DNA of 64,000 nt from Gammaproteobacteria bacterium (GTDB lineage: Bacteria > Pseudomonadota > Gammaproteobacteria > GCA-002705445 > GCA-002716945): positions 192,001 through 256,000 of the forward strand of contig JAYQJW010000002.1 of NCBI GenBank assembly GCA_038142325.1. The letters run 5' to 3'. Each line of letters starts with the position of its first letter. Within the stretch, counting starts at the first letter, position 1. Of this stretch, positions 48,117 to 60,272 are shown one piece after another. A model generated the notes under the pieces. It had not been told where the DNA came from, searched no databases, and saw only the letters and a list, made by a program, of their open reading frames with translations. Made by a program: the position numbers and the translations under genes.

Positions 48117-49691
48117 ATGAGTACAAATATAGATCATATCAAAGAAGAGCATCATCAACCATCTGGCATAATGAGATGGATAACTACTACTAATCATAAA
48201 GACATTGGATCTTTATACCTATGGTTCAGCTTGTTGATGTTTTTTATAGGGGGTTTTATGGCCCTCATAATTCGTGCTGAATTATTTCAACCTGGCTTAC
48301 AATTTGTAGTACCAGGTTTCTTCAACCAAATGACAACCATGCATGCATTGATTATGATATTTGGTGCATTAATGCCAGCGTTTGTTGGATTAGCTAATTG
48401 GCAACTACCAATGATGATTGGTGCGCCTGATATGGCTTTGCCAAGATTAAATAATTGGAGTTTTTGGATTCTACCATTTGCTTTTACAATGCTAATAAGC
48501 ACATTGTTTTTCGAAAGTGGTGGTCCAGCAGCAGGATGGACATTGTACCCACCTCTATCTCTACAAGGCGGTAACTCCATGCCATTTGTAATATTCTCGC
48601 TCCATCTGTTGGGGGCATCATCTATACTTGGGGCAATAAATGTAATTGCAACCATACTTAATATGCGCGCACCTGGTATGACTTTGATGAAAATGCCAAT
48701 TTTTGTTTGGACATGGTTAATAACTGCCTTCTTACTGATAGCTGCTATGCCAGTCTTAGCAGGGGCTATTACCATGCTCTTGACTGATCGCTTCTACGGC
48801 ACAAGCTTTTTTACTGCAGCTGGTGGGGGTGATCCAGTACTTTTTCAACACATATTTTGGTTCTTCGGTCATCCTGAAGTATATATTTTAATACTTCCTG
48901 CCTTCGGAATTGTTTCAACCATAATCCCTGCTTTTTCTAGAAAAAAATTATTTGGCTATGATTCAATGGTTTATGCAACAGCTTCAATCGCTTTGCTGTC
49001 ATTCATTGTATGGGCTCATCATATGTTCACCGTTGGTATGCCATTAGCAGGTGAAATCTTTTTCATGTTCACCACTATGTTAATTGCTGTGCCTACGGGT
49101 GTGAAAGTATTTAATTGGATTGCCACAATGTGGAGAGGATCTATGACTTTTGAGACACCAATGCTATTTTCTCTAGCATTTATTGTCTTATTTACGATAG
49201 GTGGTTTTTCAGGGTTGATGCTTGCTATAACGCCAGCTGATTTTCAATACCACGATACGTATTTTGTTGTGGCACACTTTCATTATGTTCTTGTCCCAGG
49301 CGCTATATTTGCAGTGATTGCTGCAGTCTATTATTGGCTACCTAAATGGACTGGAAAAATGTACAACGAGACGCTCGGTAAAATACATTTTTGGATGACC
49401 ACAATATTTGTTAACATAACGTTCTTCCCAATGCATTTTGTAGGTCTAGCCGGTATGCCACGAAGAATTCCAGATTATGCTGTTCAATTTACTGATTTCA
49501 ACATGATTGCTTCTGTCGGTGCATTTGGCTTTGGTTTATCTCAGCTATTATTTGTTTACATATTATTTTTAACACTTAAACAACCTGTCACTGCAGCAGA
49601 TAAATCCTGGGAGGGTGCTGAAGGACTTGAGTGGACTCTTCCATCTCCAGCTCCTTATCACTCATTTGATAAGCCTCCTAAAATTGATTAA
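48117..49691 (+). CDS. coxA: Cytochrome c oxidase subunit I (A1 type)
   Basis: [20 protein letters not shown]. Confidence 0.98.
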   Translation: MSTNIDHIKEEHHQPSGIMRWITTTNHKDIGSLYLWFSLLMFFIGGFMALIIRAELFQPGLQFVVPGFFNQMTTMHALIMIFGALMPAFVGLANWQLPMMIGAPDMALPRLNNWSFWILPFAFTMLISTLFFESGGPAAGWTLYPPLSLQGGNSMPFVIFSLHLLGASSILGAINVIATILNMRAPGMTLMKMPIFVWTWLITAFLLIAAMPVLAGAITMLLTDRFYGTSFFTAAGGGDPVLFQHIFWFFGHPEVYILILPAFGIVSTIIPAFSRKKLFGYDSMVYATASIALLSFIVWAHHMFTVGMPLAGEIFFMFTTMLIAVPTGVKVFNWIATMWRGSMTFETPMLFSLAFIVLFTIGGFSGLMLAITPADFQYHDTYFVVAHFHYVLVPGAIFAVIAAVYYWLPKWTGKMYNETLGKIHFWMTTIFVNITFFPMHFVGLAGMPRRIPDYAVQFTDFNMIASVGAFGFGLSQLLFVYILFLTLKQPVTAADKSWEGAEGLEWTLPSPAPYHSFDKPPKID

Positions 49692-50227
49692 TGAGCGGTA
49701 TAAAATCTACAATAACTAAATTATCACTCGTAGTTGTAGCGATGTATGCCTTCTCTTATGCGCTCGTGCCTATCTACGATACTTTTTGCGAGATAACTGG
49801 TCTTAACGGTAAAACTAATGATGTCGCATATACAGACAATGACATTAATAAAGAGGACAGATTCGTAAAAGTAAAATTTATCTCTAATGTTGCTAATTCT
49901 GCACCACTTTATTTTGAACCTTCTGTAACAGAGATGACCGTTCAAGTTGGCAAACCATACAACACTCATTATGTGATGAAGAATAACTCATCAAGGCAGC
50001 TACACACTACTGCTAGTCCCAGTGTTACACCTGGTAAATATGCAGAATATTTTAAAAAAATAGAGTGCTTTTGTTTTAATCAGCAAACTATCAATTCTGG
50101 AGAAGTCAAAGACTTAGGCGTTCAATTCATAGTAGACAATGATCTTCCTGATAACATCGGAGATATTGTTCTTTCCTACACTATGTTTGATATTACAAAT
50201 AATATATCGGAGTCGAATAAATTATGA
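49691..50227 (+). CDS. ctaG: Cytochrome c oxidase assembly protein Cox11/CtaG
   Basis: VPIY..FC..TG, KIECFCF. Confidence 0.94.
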   Translation: MSGIKSTITKLSLVVVAMYAFSYALVPIYDTFCEITGLNGKTNDVAYTDNDINKEDRFVKVKFISNVANSAPLYFEPSVTEMTVQVGKPYNTHYVMKNNSSRQLHTTASPSVTPGKYAEYFKKIECFCFNQQTINSGEVKDLGVQFIVDNDLPDNIGDIVLSYTMFDITNNISESNKL

Positions 50228-51078
50228 GCAGTTCTTATTACGTACCACATGAGACAAAATGGCCTTTTCTAGCAACTGTTGCCTTAATGATTATGTTCAT
50301 AGGCCTTGCTAATTATATGAATGATGAGTCTACATTGACACTTACTCTTACAGGTTTAAGTCTACTGTTATTAGTTGTATATGGATGGTTTTCATATGTG
50401 GTTAGAGAGAGTGAAGGAGGGCTGTATGATGGGCAGGTTGATATGTCATTTAGATGGGGTATGGCTTGGTTTATCTTTTCTGAAGTTATGTTTTTTGCAG
50501 CTTTTTTTGGTGCTCTATATTATGCAAGAGAATTATCTTTGCCATGGTTAGCTGGTGATGGATCAGGAGTTAGTACAAATCAAGAACTCTGGCCATCGTT
50601 TGAAAATGTATGGCCATCAAATGGCCCCGCAAATTATGGTGGTGACTTCGTGGTTATGAAAGCTGCTGGTATTCCTGCACTCAATACAATCATTCTTTTA
50701 ATCAGCGGACTCACTGTAACGTGGGCTCATCATGGACTTAAAGAAGGCAAAAGGAATCAATTAATTCTGGGTTTAATCGCAACTGTTCTATTAGGATTTA
50801 TTTTTGTCGGTTTCCAAGCATATGAGTATTCCCATGCATATAATGATCTAAATCTTAAAATGACTTCCGGTATCTATGGGTCAACATTCTATATGCTAAC
50901 AGGCTTTCATGGTTTCCATGTCACCCTTGGCGCTATAATGCTGACTGTAATCTTATTTAGATGTATCCGAGGACATTTTACTAATGAAAATCACTTTGGA
51001 TTCGAAGCCGTTGCATGGTATTGGCATTTTGTTGATGTGGTTTGGCTTGGATTATTTGTGTTTGTTTACTGGCTATAA
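50224..51078 (+). CDS. coxC: Cytochrome c oxidase subunit III
   Basis: FIFSEVMFF, TGFHGFHV, WYWHFVDVVW. Confidence 0.96.
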   Translation: MSSSYYVPHETKWPFLATVALMIMFIGLANYMNDESTLTLTLTGLSLLLLVVYGWFSYVVRESEGGLYDGQVDMSFRWGMAWFIFSEVMFFAAFFGALYYARELSLPWLAGDGSGVSTNQELWPSFENVWPSNGPANYGGDFVVMKAAGIPALNTIILLISGLTVTWAHHGLKEGKRNQLILGLIATVLLGFIFVGFQAYEYSHAYNDLNLKMTSGIYGSTFYMLTGFHGFHVTLGAIMLTVILFRCIRGHFTNENHFGFEAVAWYWHFVDVVWLGLFVFVYWL

Positions 51079-51084
51079 TTTAAA

Positions 51085-51285
51085 TCAAAAATCATTAGGC
51101 TTTATTAAATCCATATAATAACCAACTATTAATAAAATAAATAAGGTAACTGAAAGGACAATCCTTGTCTTTAATGATGTAAGACCACGGCTTGATGAAG
51201 ATTTATCCTTTAGTATATATACAAACCACATAACCAAATTGTATATTATCAAGACTAGTAAGATTATTATTATGAATTTAAACAT
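51085..51285 (-). CDS. Twin-transmembrane-helix small protein (DUF2909-like)
   Basis: Two TM helices, SL..RI.LS, terminal IKP; conserved position between coxC and SURF1. Confidence 0.8.
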   Translation of the reverse strand: MFKFIIIILLVLIIYNLVMWFVYILKDKSSSSRGLTSLKTRIVLSVTLFILLIVGYYMDLIKPNDF

Positions 51286-51305
51286 GAAAACATATTACCA
51301 TTAGT

Positions 51306-51989
51306 ATGAAAAATTTTATTAAAAACTTAGTTTTATTTTTTATTGTATTAACCTGCTTTTATTTAGGCTTATGGCAGTTGGATCGTGCAGATGAAAAATT
51401 AAAAATTCAAAATGATTTTAAATCTCAGCTAAGCAAGCCTTATGTGAACCTAGGTCAATTAGATAAATCTCCTAAAAGATACACTAAAGTTGAAAGTTTT
51501 GGTTCATTTTTTGAACCATATTTTTTATTAGATAATGTTGTATTGAATAAAAAAGCTGGCTATCTAGTATTTTCACCTTTTTTATTTGGCGAAAATGTAG
51601 TTTTAGTTAATAGAGGTTGGGTAGACAATCATTCCAGACAAAAATTTCCTAAAATCACTACCCCTAAAGAAAAAATAAATATAAGCGGATATGTAAAATA
51701 TCCTATGAAACTACTCGAATTAAGCAATTCTAATATTACAAATAATGAGCCATATATTTTGCAAAACTTAGATATAAATAAAATATCTAATATTTTAAAT
51801 AAAGATGTCTATCCTTTCTACATCAATCTAGAATCAGGAAGTGACTATGGTTTTCAACATTTAGTTGTAAAGAACGAGAATAAACACCTCACTCATTATA
51901 TGTATGCAGGTCAATGGTTTTTATTCACCCTAGTTGGTATTATTTTTTTAATCATTCTTAATAGGAGTCGAGGCAAAAAAAATGAATAA
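51306..51989 (+). CDS. SURF1-family protein
   Basis: LGLWQLDRA, LVNRGW, H..YAGQWF. Confidence 0.92.
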   Translation: MKNFIKNLVLFFIVLTCFYLGLWQLDRADEKLKIQNDFKSQLSKPYVNLGQLDKSPKRYTKVESFGSFFEPYFLLDNVVLNKKAGYLVFSPFLFGENVVLVNRGWVDNHSRQKFPKITTPKEKINISGYVKYPMKLLELSNSNITNNEPYILQNLDINKISNILNKDVYPFYINLESGSDYGFQHLVVKNENKHLTHYMYAGQWFLFTLVGIIFLIILNRSRGKKNE

Positions 51990-52489
51990 AGTTAAATTCT
52001 TATTAATAGTATCTGTATTTATTTTGCCCTTTATTTTTGCTAAATATTTTTTTGATACTAACGCCACAAGCTACAGAGGCACAACTAATCATGGAGCTTT
52101 CTTAACTAAGGATGTAAATATAAAAAACCTCTCTGATGATAATCATTGGATACTGCTTCAAGTAATAGATTCTGAATGCAGCTCTGTATGTAAAGATAAT
52201 ATGCATATGCTTAGACAAATAAATACAGCATTAGGGAAAAGACATGGATAGAGTCAAGAGATATGTTATTTATGAAAATACATTAAAAAAATTAGTTGAT
52301 TTGAATAACTACCCTAAAGTTATTGTTTTAGAAAATAATAAAAACATTTATAATACTCTCACAAAAATGGATGAAAGAATTTTCGTAGCTGATCCTTTTG
52401 GAAAAATTATTCTTGGCTATAAAAGTGACTTTGTAGCTAAGGGTCTGCTTAAAGATATAAAAAAACTACTTAAGTTCTCGAAAATATAA
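51982..52489 (+). CDS. Cox-cluster thioredoxin-like membrane protein (frameshift near 52240)
   Basis: TNHG, C...C, RQ...LGK|DMDRV, DP.G, KDIKKLLK.S. Confidence 0.7.
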
Positions 52490-52491
52490 TT

Positions 52492-53496
52492 ATGGATGAT
52501 TCAAGGATATCGATTTTCAGCTTCATTGGAGCTGCTTTAACTCTAGTTGTAATATCACTAGGTGCTTGGGTTAGGTTAACAGATGCTGGTTTGGGCTGTC
52601 CTGATTGGCCAGGATGTTATGGTCTTTTAACAACCCCTGATACAGTTGATGAACTAGCTAAAGCTAAAGAAAATTATCCTAATGCTAGCATAGATGTGGG
52701 CAAGGCATGGAGAGAAATGCTGCATCGATACGTTGCCGGCATACTTGGTTTGTATGTTTTTTTTATAACTTATATTTCTATCAAATATTCAAAACAGAAT
52801 TATATTCTTCCAGTTTCTATTTCAATATTAATTGTTATCCAAGCAATAATGGGGATGTTAACAGTTACAATGTTAGTTAAACCAACGGTGGTTACGACTC
52901 ATTTATTTTTTGGCATGCTTACCGCAACCTTACTGTTTATCAATGGATTAAAATATTCTGGTTTGAATTTATTACAAGATAAACTCCCAGTGTATGCAAT
53001 ATCTGCAATCGTGCTCACATGGGTTTTATTGGTAATACAAATACTTTTAGGCGGTTGGACCAGTACGAATTATGCATCACTTGCGTGTACTGATTTCCCT
53101 AAATGTCTAGACCAATGGTATCCCAAGGAAATGGTATTTGATAAGGCGTTCAATATATTTAACTTGCCTGACATTAATTACGAAGGCGGCTTTCTTGCGT
53201 ATGGAGCAAAAGTTGCAGTTCACTACATACATCGAGTAACGGCTCTAGTATTATCTATATCTTTTCTTTTAACACTAGTCATTATCTTTAAGCTCAAAAA
53301 TCACGCTTTTCTTAAGAAGATAATTAGCTTCAGCTTAGTATTCTTTGTACTTCAAATCATTCTTGGAATATCAAATGTGATATATAGTCTACCGTTGAAT
53401 ATAGCTGTTTGGCATACAATGAACGCTGCAATTTTATTAGCATTATTATCGGGTGCTTTATATTATTCTCTGATATCATTTAGAAAAATATCTTAA
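52492..53496 (+). CDS. ctaA: Heme A synthase
   Basis: AGLGCPDWPGCYG, EMLHR, HR. Confidence 0.93.
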   Translation: MDDSRISIFSFIGAALTLVVISLGAWVRLTDAGLGCPDWPGCYGLLTTPDTVDELAKAKENYPNASIDVGKAWREMLHRYVAGILGLYVFFITYISIKYSKQNYILPVSISILIVIQAIMGMLTVTMLVKPTVVTTHLFFGMLTATLLFINGLKYSGLNLLQDKLPVYAISAIVLTWVLLVIQILLGGWTSTNYASLACTDFPKCLDQWYPKEMVFDKAFNIFNLPDINYEGGFLAYGAKVAVHYIHRVTALVLSISFLLTLVIIFKLKNHAFLKKIISFSLVFFVLQIILGISNVIYSLPLNIAVWHTMNAAILLALLSGALYYSLISFRKIS

Positions 53497-54393
53497 ATGA
53501 ATACATCTGTTACAACACCAAAATCAAATTCTATAATATTTGATCTCATAGCCTTAACAAAACCTCGAGTCAATTTTTTGATTATCTTTACGGCAATAGT
53601 AGGTATGTTGTTAGCTCAAGATTACAATCTTGACTATGAGCTTATGCTATATGCAAGCATAGGTATTTATCTTGCTGCATCTGCTGCTGCTGTGATAAAT
53701 CAAATCGTAGATCAAAAAATTGATGCTTTAATGGATAGAACAAGAGGTAGGCCGCTAATTAGAGGTAAAGTAACAACTCAACATGCAATGCTTTTTTCAA
53801 TATTCATATCAATTATTTCTACTTATATACTTTATGAATTTGTTAATACAATCACCACGATACTTACGCTCTTCTCTATAATTGTTTATTCAATTATATA
53901 CTCAGTCTATCTGAAAAATCTGACTTCCCAAAATATAGTTATTGGTGGTATTGCTGGCGCTATGCCGCCTTTGTTGGGCTGGACGGCTGTCACTAATGGA
54001 GTAAGTGAACTACCATTATTGCTTTTTCTAATTATTTTCTTATGGACGCCACCTCATTTTTGGGCTTTGGCGGTTTATAAAAAAGATGATTACAGTAAGG
54101 CAAACGTTCCAATGTTGCCTGTCACACACGGAGATGATTTTACTCGATTACATATTTTTCTTTATTCTATTTTGTTGTTTTGTATTACATTATTTCCATA
54201 TCTTTTAGGCTTAGTATCTTATATTTATCTAGCATCAGTGATAACACTAGGTGGAAAATTTATATATGACTCTTATGATCTTTATGTAACGAAAAATATT
54301 AGAAAAGCTTTCGCACTTTTCAAATATTCAATCACTTATCTGGCGTTACTGTTTGCTGCCTTACTTGCAGATCACTACTTATTGATGCTTTAG
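53497..54393 (+). CDS. cyoE: Heme O synthase (protoheme IX farnesyltransferase)
   Basis: LTKPRV, D..MDRT..RP, QNIVIGG, WTPPHFW. Confidence 0.95.
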   Translation: MNTSVTTPKSNSIIFDLIALTKPRVNFLIIFTAIVGMLLAQDYNLDYELMLYASIGIYLAASAAAVINQIVDQKIDALMDRTRGRPLIRGKVTTQHAMLFSIFISIISTYILYEFVNTITTILTLFSIIVYSIIYSVYLKNLTSQNIVIGGIAGAMPPLLGWTAVTNGVSELPLLLFLIIFLWTPPHFWALAVYKKDDYSKANVPMLPVTHGDDFTRLHIFLYSILLFCITLFPYLLGLVSYIYLASVITLGGKFIYDSYDLYVTKNIRKAFALFKYSITYLALLFAALLADHYLLML

Positions 54394-54395
54394 TT

Positions 54396-55256
54396 TTATG
54401 CTAAGAGTATAGATTCTTTTAGTGCGGTAAGTGATTTTTCTTCGATTTGTCGAATTCTTTCTTTAGATACTTTGTATTTTTTTGATAACTCATCAAGAGT
54501 TGGTTTATTCTCAGATAAGAATCTCTGAGATATAATATCACGACTTCTCTCATCCAATTCACTAAGTGCCTCAGCAAGCTTTTTTGAATTATCATTTTCC
54601 GAATCCTGAGCTTCAAGAAGAGATAACGGATTTGTATTTTGAGTTAGATAAGCTGAAGGAGCATTGTCTTCATCATCAACTGGATCAAATGCAACATCTG
54701 TTCCACTTAATCTATTCTCCATAAGTTTAACAGTTTTAGCATCAACATTAAGTTCAGAAGCAATATCATCAGCCTCTTTTTCTGATAACCAGTTAGATGA
54801 AGTTTTTTTACTTCTTAATTTGAAGAAAAGCTTTCTTTGAGCTTTAGTAGTAGCAACCTTTACAATTCTCCAATTTTTTAAAACAAATTCATGAATCTCA
54901 GCTCTTATCCAGTAAATTGCAAATGATAATAGCCTAACTTTTTTGCTAGGATCAAATTTTTTGACAGCTTTCATTAGGCCTACATTTCCCTCTTGGATTA
55001 TATCTAGTAATGGGAGACCATAACCTTTGTATGTTTTTGCAATGTGAACAACAAATCTTAGGTGTGACATGACTAGCTTACGAGCCGCATCCATATCATC
55101 AGCATTATGAAGTCTAGAAAACAGCTCTTCTTCTTGTTCCTTAGTTAATAATGGCGTTTCTCTGAGTTGCGCTAAATAATAATCTAACGCATCAGAAGAC
55201 TCTAGGTCCAATGCAACTTCTTTAGCTATAGGTCTATTTATAAGATTTTTATTCAT
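54396..55256 (-). CDS. rpoH: RNA polymerase sigma-32
   Basis: RpoH box WRIVKVATTKAQRKLFF; SKERIRQIE. Confidence 0.96.
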   Translation of the reverse strand: MNKNLINRPIAKEVALDLESSDALDYYLAQLRETPLLTKEQEEELFSRLHNADDMDAARKLVMSHLRFVVHIAKTYKGYGLPLLDIIQEGNVGLMKAVKKFDPSKKVRLLSFAIYWIRAEIHEFVLKNWRIVKVATTKAQRKLFFKLRSKKTSSNWLSEKEADDIASELNVDAKTVKLMENRLSGTDVAFDPVDDEDNAPSAYLTQNTNPLSLLEAQDSENDNSKKLAEALSELDERSRDIISQRFLSENKPTLDELSKKYKVSKERIRQIEEKSLTALKESILLA

Positions 55257-55269
55257 ATTTCTGAATATT

Positions 55270-55297
55270 ATTATAGTTATTGATTACCTTATTTCAA
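55270..55297 (-). promoter_or_regulatory. Putative rpoH promoter
   Basis: TTGAAA-16 bp-TATAAT on the minus strand. Confidence 0.5.
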
Positions 55298-55375
55298 GTG
55301 ATAGATATAGATAAACAGTGGATAAATGTTCAGCTATGCTAACACAAAAATTCTATTTTTTGATATCATTGCGCT

Positions 55376-56706
55376 ATGCTACATAAATTCTTAATAACTG
55401 TTTTTTTTATGGTTTTGTCATTGCCGTCTGTTGTGAATGGAAGTTTAAAATTCTCAGACAGGTCAGAGGAGTACTACCTTGAAAACGGACTAAAAGTTGT
55501 ATTAATAGAAGATAAAAGAAGTCCATCTGTTGTAAATAGTATTTGGTATAGAGTCGGCTCAAGTGATGAAGTAGAGGGGAAAACGGGTATTTCTCACATA
55601 CTAGAGCATATGATGTTCAAAGGAACAAGCAACCTAGGACCAGGTGAATTTTCTTCTGTAGTAAAGAAAATGGGAGGAACAGAAAATGCATTTACTAGTA
55701 AAGACTTTACAGGCTATTTTCAAAAAGTTCATTTTACAGATTTAGAAAAATGTATTGAGTTAGAAGCAGATAGAATGATAAATCTGAAATTAGACGAAAA
55801 AGAAATTGAAAGTGAGATTAAGGTTGTTAAAGAAGAACGCAGACTTAGAACTGATGATAATCCTATATCAAAGACTTTTGAAAAAATAATGATCAATGCA
55901 TATGGCATGAATGATTATGGTATACCTATTATCGGAACGATGAATGACATAGATGCAACGACGAAAGAAGATCTTAGAAATTGGTATAATAGATATTATC
56001 AACCAGCGAATGCAATTGTAATCATAGCTGGGAATTTTGATAAGACTAATGTAAAAAAATTCATAAGAAAATATTATGGCTCTATTAAGAATCAACGTAA
56101 TAGCTATAAGAATATAGATAAAGTTGATTTCATTACCAAGAAGTATTTTGAAGTTCAAGAAAATGTCTCAAAAGCAGTTGTTTTCTTATCTTTCAAAAAA
56201 CCAGAATTTAACAACGAAAGGTTAAGAGAAATATATGCTCTAGATTTATTTATAGAAATAATGGATGGTGGCTATTCATCACGATTGACAAATAATTTAG
56301 TGAACAGTGAGAAAATAGCTTTAGACACATTTATTTCAAATGATACCTATAACCAACATTCAAATCTCATTATCATTGGCGGTACTCCGAGAGGAGACAC
56401 ATCAACGGAATATTTAAAAAACAAATTCTCAATCAGTTTAGTTCCGATTCTATTAATACTATTACAGACAAGGAACTATCCAGAGCAAAAGCAAGAATCA
56501 AAGCTAACAATGTATTTAAATTTGATTCGGTTTTTTATCAAGCCATGCAAGTAGGTATGCTTGAGACAAAAAATATAAGCTGGAAAGAGCTTGATAAATA
56601 CAATTCTATTACTGAATCTATTACTCTAAATGAAGTGAAGGCTGCAGGTAAAAAATTCATCTCTGATCAACCGCCACTTGTTACAATCCTCAATCCAAAA
56701 AAATGA
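55376..56706 (+). CDS. M16-family zinc peptidase, active subunit (frameshift near 56420)
   Basis: HILEHMMFKG (HxxEH), NAFT, EERRLR; another frame continues to TGA at 56706. Confidence 0.9.
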
Positions 56707-57981
56707 GATTATATATCGCATGCATATTGTTTTTACTATCGAGTTGGAGTTCAGCTAATGTAAAAATTAACACAATTGAGAACAATGAGAATTATCTTTA
56801 CGTTTATCTAAACACTCTTCCTATTGTTGACATTAACATAGTTATCACTAAAGGAAGCAACAGCGATGGAAAAGTCACCGGACTAACTAATTTAATGCTG
56901 AACACACTGCTAGCTTCAGAAATTGAAAATAGAAAGCTCATAAGTTATTTTGAAGATGTAGGAGCAAAGCTTTCTTATTCTGTAAATAAAGAATCAACAT
57001 CAATATCAATTAGATCTGTTAATGATTTAAATCAAATTGAAAACCTCTTAAAAAAATTAATCAAGCTCTATTTATTAACTCTATAGACAGTGAACTTTTA
57101 AAACTTGAAAGAGAAAAGATTATGAGAGCTATTTCTGAATCGCAGAAGAAGCCGAGTTCAGTCTTAGAAACCGCAGTATCTGAAGGATTGTTTTCAGGAA
57201 CTGGTTTAGCTCATCTTCCAATAGGCAAGAAGGAGCATATAAAGATATTACAAATAGTGCAATTCTTAACCATAGAAATCATATTTTTAATTTAAATAAT
57301 TTAGAGATAAACATTGTCGGAGATATAAGCGCTACACAGAGTAAAAGTCTTATACATCTGATAACAAATAATTTTTCTACCACGAAAGAATCTGAAAACA
57401 TCGAATATAATATCAATTCAGTCAAATCTCACACAGAATTTGATTCAACTCAATCACACTTAACAATTGTCATACCTGCAGTTTCAAGGAAACATGATAA
57501 CTATCATGATTTAATGGTAGCCAATTATATATTTGGTGGTAGTGGATTTGGTTCATGGCTAATGGAAGAGATAAGACAAAAAAGAGGGCTGTCATATTCG
57601 GTTTATAGTTATCTATCAAGTTATCAAGATAATGGCTATTTAAAGATTTCTCTGCAAACTAAAAATGAAAACATAGAACTAGCAAAAACTATCATCAATC
57701 AACAAATTAATAGATTACAAGAGTTTGATGTAGAAGATTCAATAATTGAAACAACAAAAGACTCAATAAAAAGAAGTTTTGAAATGAGAGTTGATACAAA
57801 CAAAAAAATACTCAATTTAGTATCAGCTGTAAATAGTTTTGACTTAAATTTAAACTATTTTGAAGATTATTTAGAAAAATTATCTAAAGTAAATAAATCA
57901 AGTATAAAAACAGCATTGAAGAATTCTATTCATTTTAATGATACTTCTATTTTTACTGTCGGCAAAACTGTTGAACAATAA
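56703..57981 (+). CDS. M16-family peptidase, inactive partner subunit (frameshifted)
   Basis: LPIVD, GGSGFGSWLMEEIRQKRGLSY; no HxxEH. Confidence 0.85.
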
Positions 57982-58537
57982 ACTAAAAATTATCTCAGGA
58001 AAATATAAATCTAGATTTATTCAAATTCCTGATAAAAAAAACTTACGACCATCAAAAGCTTACATAAGGGAGAGTTTATTCAATGTGCTGGATATTCACT
58101 TATGCAATTCATCTTTAGATCTTTTTTCTGGAAGCGGAATTTTATCATTTGAGGCAATATCTAGAGGAATTAAAAAATCTGTGCTTATAGAAAATGATGT
58201 TGAGCTAGTGGAATATATAAAAAAGAACATTCAATTATTAGATATACAAGATGTTGATGTTGTTAAACAAAAGGTCGAATATTATCTTAAATCTTGCATT
58301 AATAAATCATATGATATTATCTTTATAGACCCTCCCTATAAGACCAAGCTCTTAGGTGAGACTCTGGAAATCTTAAAAAAAAATAATTTTCTTGAATCAA
58401 ACAAATATCTTTATTTTGAGAGATCAAAAAAAGATCGTAGAGATTACATTTCTCATATTATGAATACACATTTAATAGTCAAAGATTTGAGTATTGGAGA
58501 TGTAAGTTATACAATCTCAAAAAACAAGAACCTATGA
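57971..58537 (+). CDS. rsmD: 16S rRNA m2G966 methyltransferase
   Basis: KIISGKYK, LRP, RESLFN, LDLFSGSG, IDPPY; probable TTG start. Confidence 0.92.
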   Translation: MNNKLKIISGKYKSRFIQIPDKKNLRPSKAYIRESLFNVLDIHLCNSSLDLFSGSGILSFEAISRGIKKSVLIENDVELVEYIKKNIQLLDIQDVDVVKQKVEYYLKSCINKSYDIIFIDPPYKTKLLGETLEILKKNNFLESNKYLYFERSKKDRRDYISHIMNTHLIVKDLSIGDVSYTISKNKNL

Positions 58538-59013
58538 AAATTAAAGCTATATATCCAGGTACTTTCGATCCAATTACATTTGGTCACGAAGATCTCGTCA
58601 AGAGAGCCTCTAATATTTTTGAAGGGGTTATTGTTGCTGTGGCATGTAATACTCAAAAACAAACATTGTTTTCTTCAGATGAAAGATATGAAATGTGTAA
58701 AGAGGTTTTGAAAAAGTATAAAAATGTCGACGTAATTAAACTTAATAAGCTTACAGTAGAGCATGCAGAAGACCTTGGTGCAAAAATTATGCTCAGAGGA
58801 TTGAGAGCAGTTTCAGATTTTGAATATGAGGTGCAGCTATCGAATTTAAATCGAACAATGAATCCAAATATTGAAAGTATATTCCTGAGTCCAGATGAAA
58901 AATATAGTTTTATTTCCTCATCTATTATAAAAGACATCGCAAGACATCAAGGTGACTTGACAAAATTTTTAGATAAGGCGGTGGCAGAGAGACTTAAAGA
59001 AAAGTTGTCTTAA
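58534..59013 (+). CDS. coaD: Phosphopantetheine adenylyltransferase
   Basis: YPGTFDPITFGH, RGLRAVSDFEYE, ISSS. Confidence 0.97.
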   Translation: MKIKAIYPGTFDPITFGHEDLVKRASNIFEGVIVAVACNTQKQTLFSSDERYEMCKEVLKKYKNVDVIKLNKLTVEHAEDLGAKIMLRGLRAVSDFEYEVQLSNLNRTMNPNIESIFLSPDEKYSFISSSIIKDIARHQGDLTKFLDKAVAERLKEKLS

Positions 59014-59014
59014 T

Positions 59015-60271
59015 CTACCTCTTCATTGAGTCAAAGAACTCTGAGTTTGTTTTAGTTGATTTTAATTTGTTAAGCATAAACTCCATTGCATCTAATTCAT
59101 CCATGGAATGAAGAACTTTTCTAAGAATCCAAATTTTTTGTAACTCATCAGGCTCCATTAACAGCTCTTCTCTTCTGGTGCCTGAACGGTTAATATTTAT
59201 TGCAGGATAAATTCTTTTCTCCGCTATTCGTCTATCTAAATGAACTTCCATGTTGCCAGTTCCTTTGAATTCTTCATAAATAACCTCATCCATTTTAGAT
59301 CCAGTATCTATAAGAGCTGTTGCAAGAATAGTGAGGCTACCACCTTCTTCTATATTTCTTGCTGCACCATAAAACTTTTTAGGTTTTGTAAGTGCATTAG
59401 CGTCAACACCACCTGTTAATACTTTTCCAGATGAAGGCGCAACAGTGTTATATGCTCTTGCTAATCTTGTAATAGAGTCTAGTAGAATGATGACATCTTT
59501 TTTATGCTCTACTAATCTTTTGGCTTTCTCAATGACCATTTCAGCAACTTGTACGTGTCTATTTGCAGGCTCATCAAATGTACTTGCGACCACTTCACCT
59601 CTTACCATTCTAGACATTTCTGTAACCTCTTCAGGTCTTTCATCGATTAGTAAAACAATTAAATGTGCATCTGGATTACTTGCTGTAAGACTTTGGGCGA
59701 TGTTCTGAAGCATGATTGTTTTACCTGCTTTCGGAGGTGATATGATTAATCCTCTTTGACCTTTACCAATTGGTGAAGCAATATCAATTAGACGAGCAGA
59801 AATATCCTCTGAACTTCCATTGCCTTGTTCTAACCTAAGTCTTTTGTTTGCATGTAAAGGAGTTAAGTTTTCGAAAAGAATTTTATTTTTAGTACTTGCA
59901 GATGTATCAGAATTAATGGTATCAATTTTAAGTAATGCGAAGTATCTCTCGCTTTCTTTTGGAGGTCTAATTTTTCCTTGAATAGTATCTCCAGTTCTTA
60001 GTGAAAATTTTCTAATCTGACTTGGCGATACATAAATATCGTCTGGTCCAGCGAGATAGGAGCTGTCTGCAGATCTTAAGAACCCAAAACCATCTTGCAG
60101 AATTTCAAGAACACCCCCACCAGAAATGTCTTCACCACTAGACGAGTGGCTCTTTAAGATAGTAAATATTACGTCTTGTTTACGAAGTCTTCCTACATTG
60201 TCTGCACCCATACCCTCAGCTATTTCAACTAATTCTTGTACAGGTTTTTGTTTGAGTTCAGTAAGGTTCAT
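59015..60271 (-). CDS. rho: Transcription termination factor Rho
   Basis: [30 protein letters not shown]. Confidence 0.98.
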   Translation of the reverse strand: MNLTELKQKPVQELVEIAEGMGADNVGRLRKQDVIFTILKSHSSSGEDISGGGVLEILQDGFGFLRSADSSYLAGPDDIYVSPSQIRKFSLRTGDTIQGKIRPPKESERYFALLKIDTINSDTSASTKNKILFENLTPLHANKRLRLEQGNGSSEDISARLIDIASPIGKGQRGLIISPPKAGKTIMLQNIAQSLTASNPDAHLIVLLIDERPEEVTEMSRMVRGEVVASTFDEPANRHVQVAEMVIEKAKRLVEHKKDVIILLDSITRLARAYNTVAPSSGKVLTGGVDANALTKPKKFYGAARNIEEGGSLTILATALIDTGSKMDEVIYEEFKGTGNMEVHLDRRIAEKRIYPAININRSGTRREELLMEPDELQKIWILRKVLHSMDELDAMEFMLNKLKSTKTNSEFFDSMKR

Positions 60272-60272
60272 A

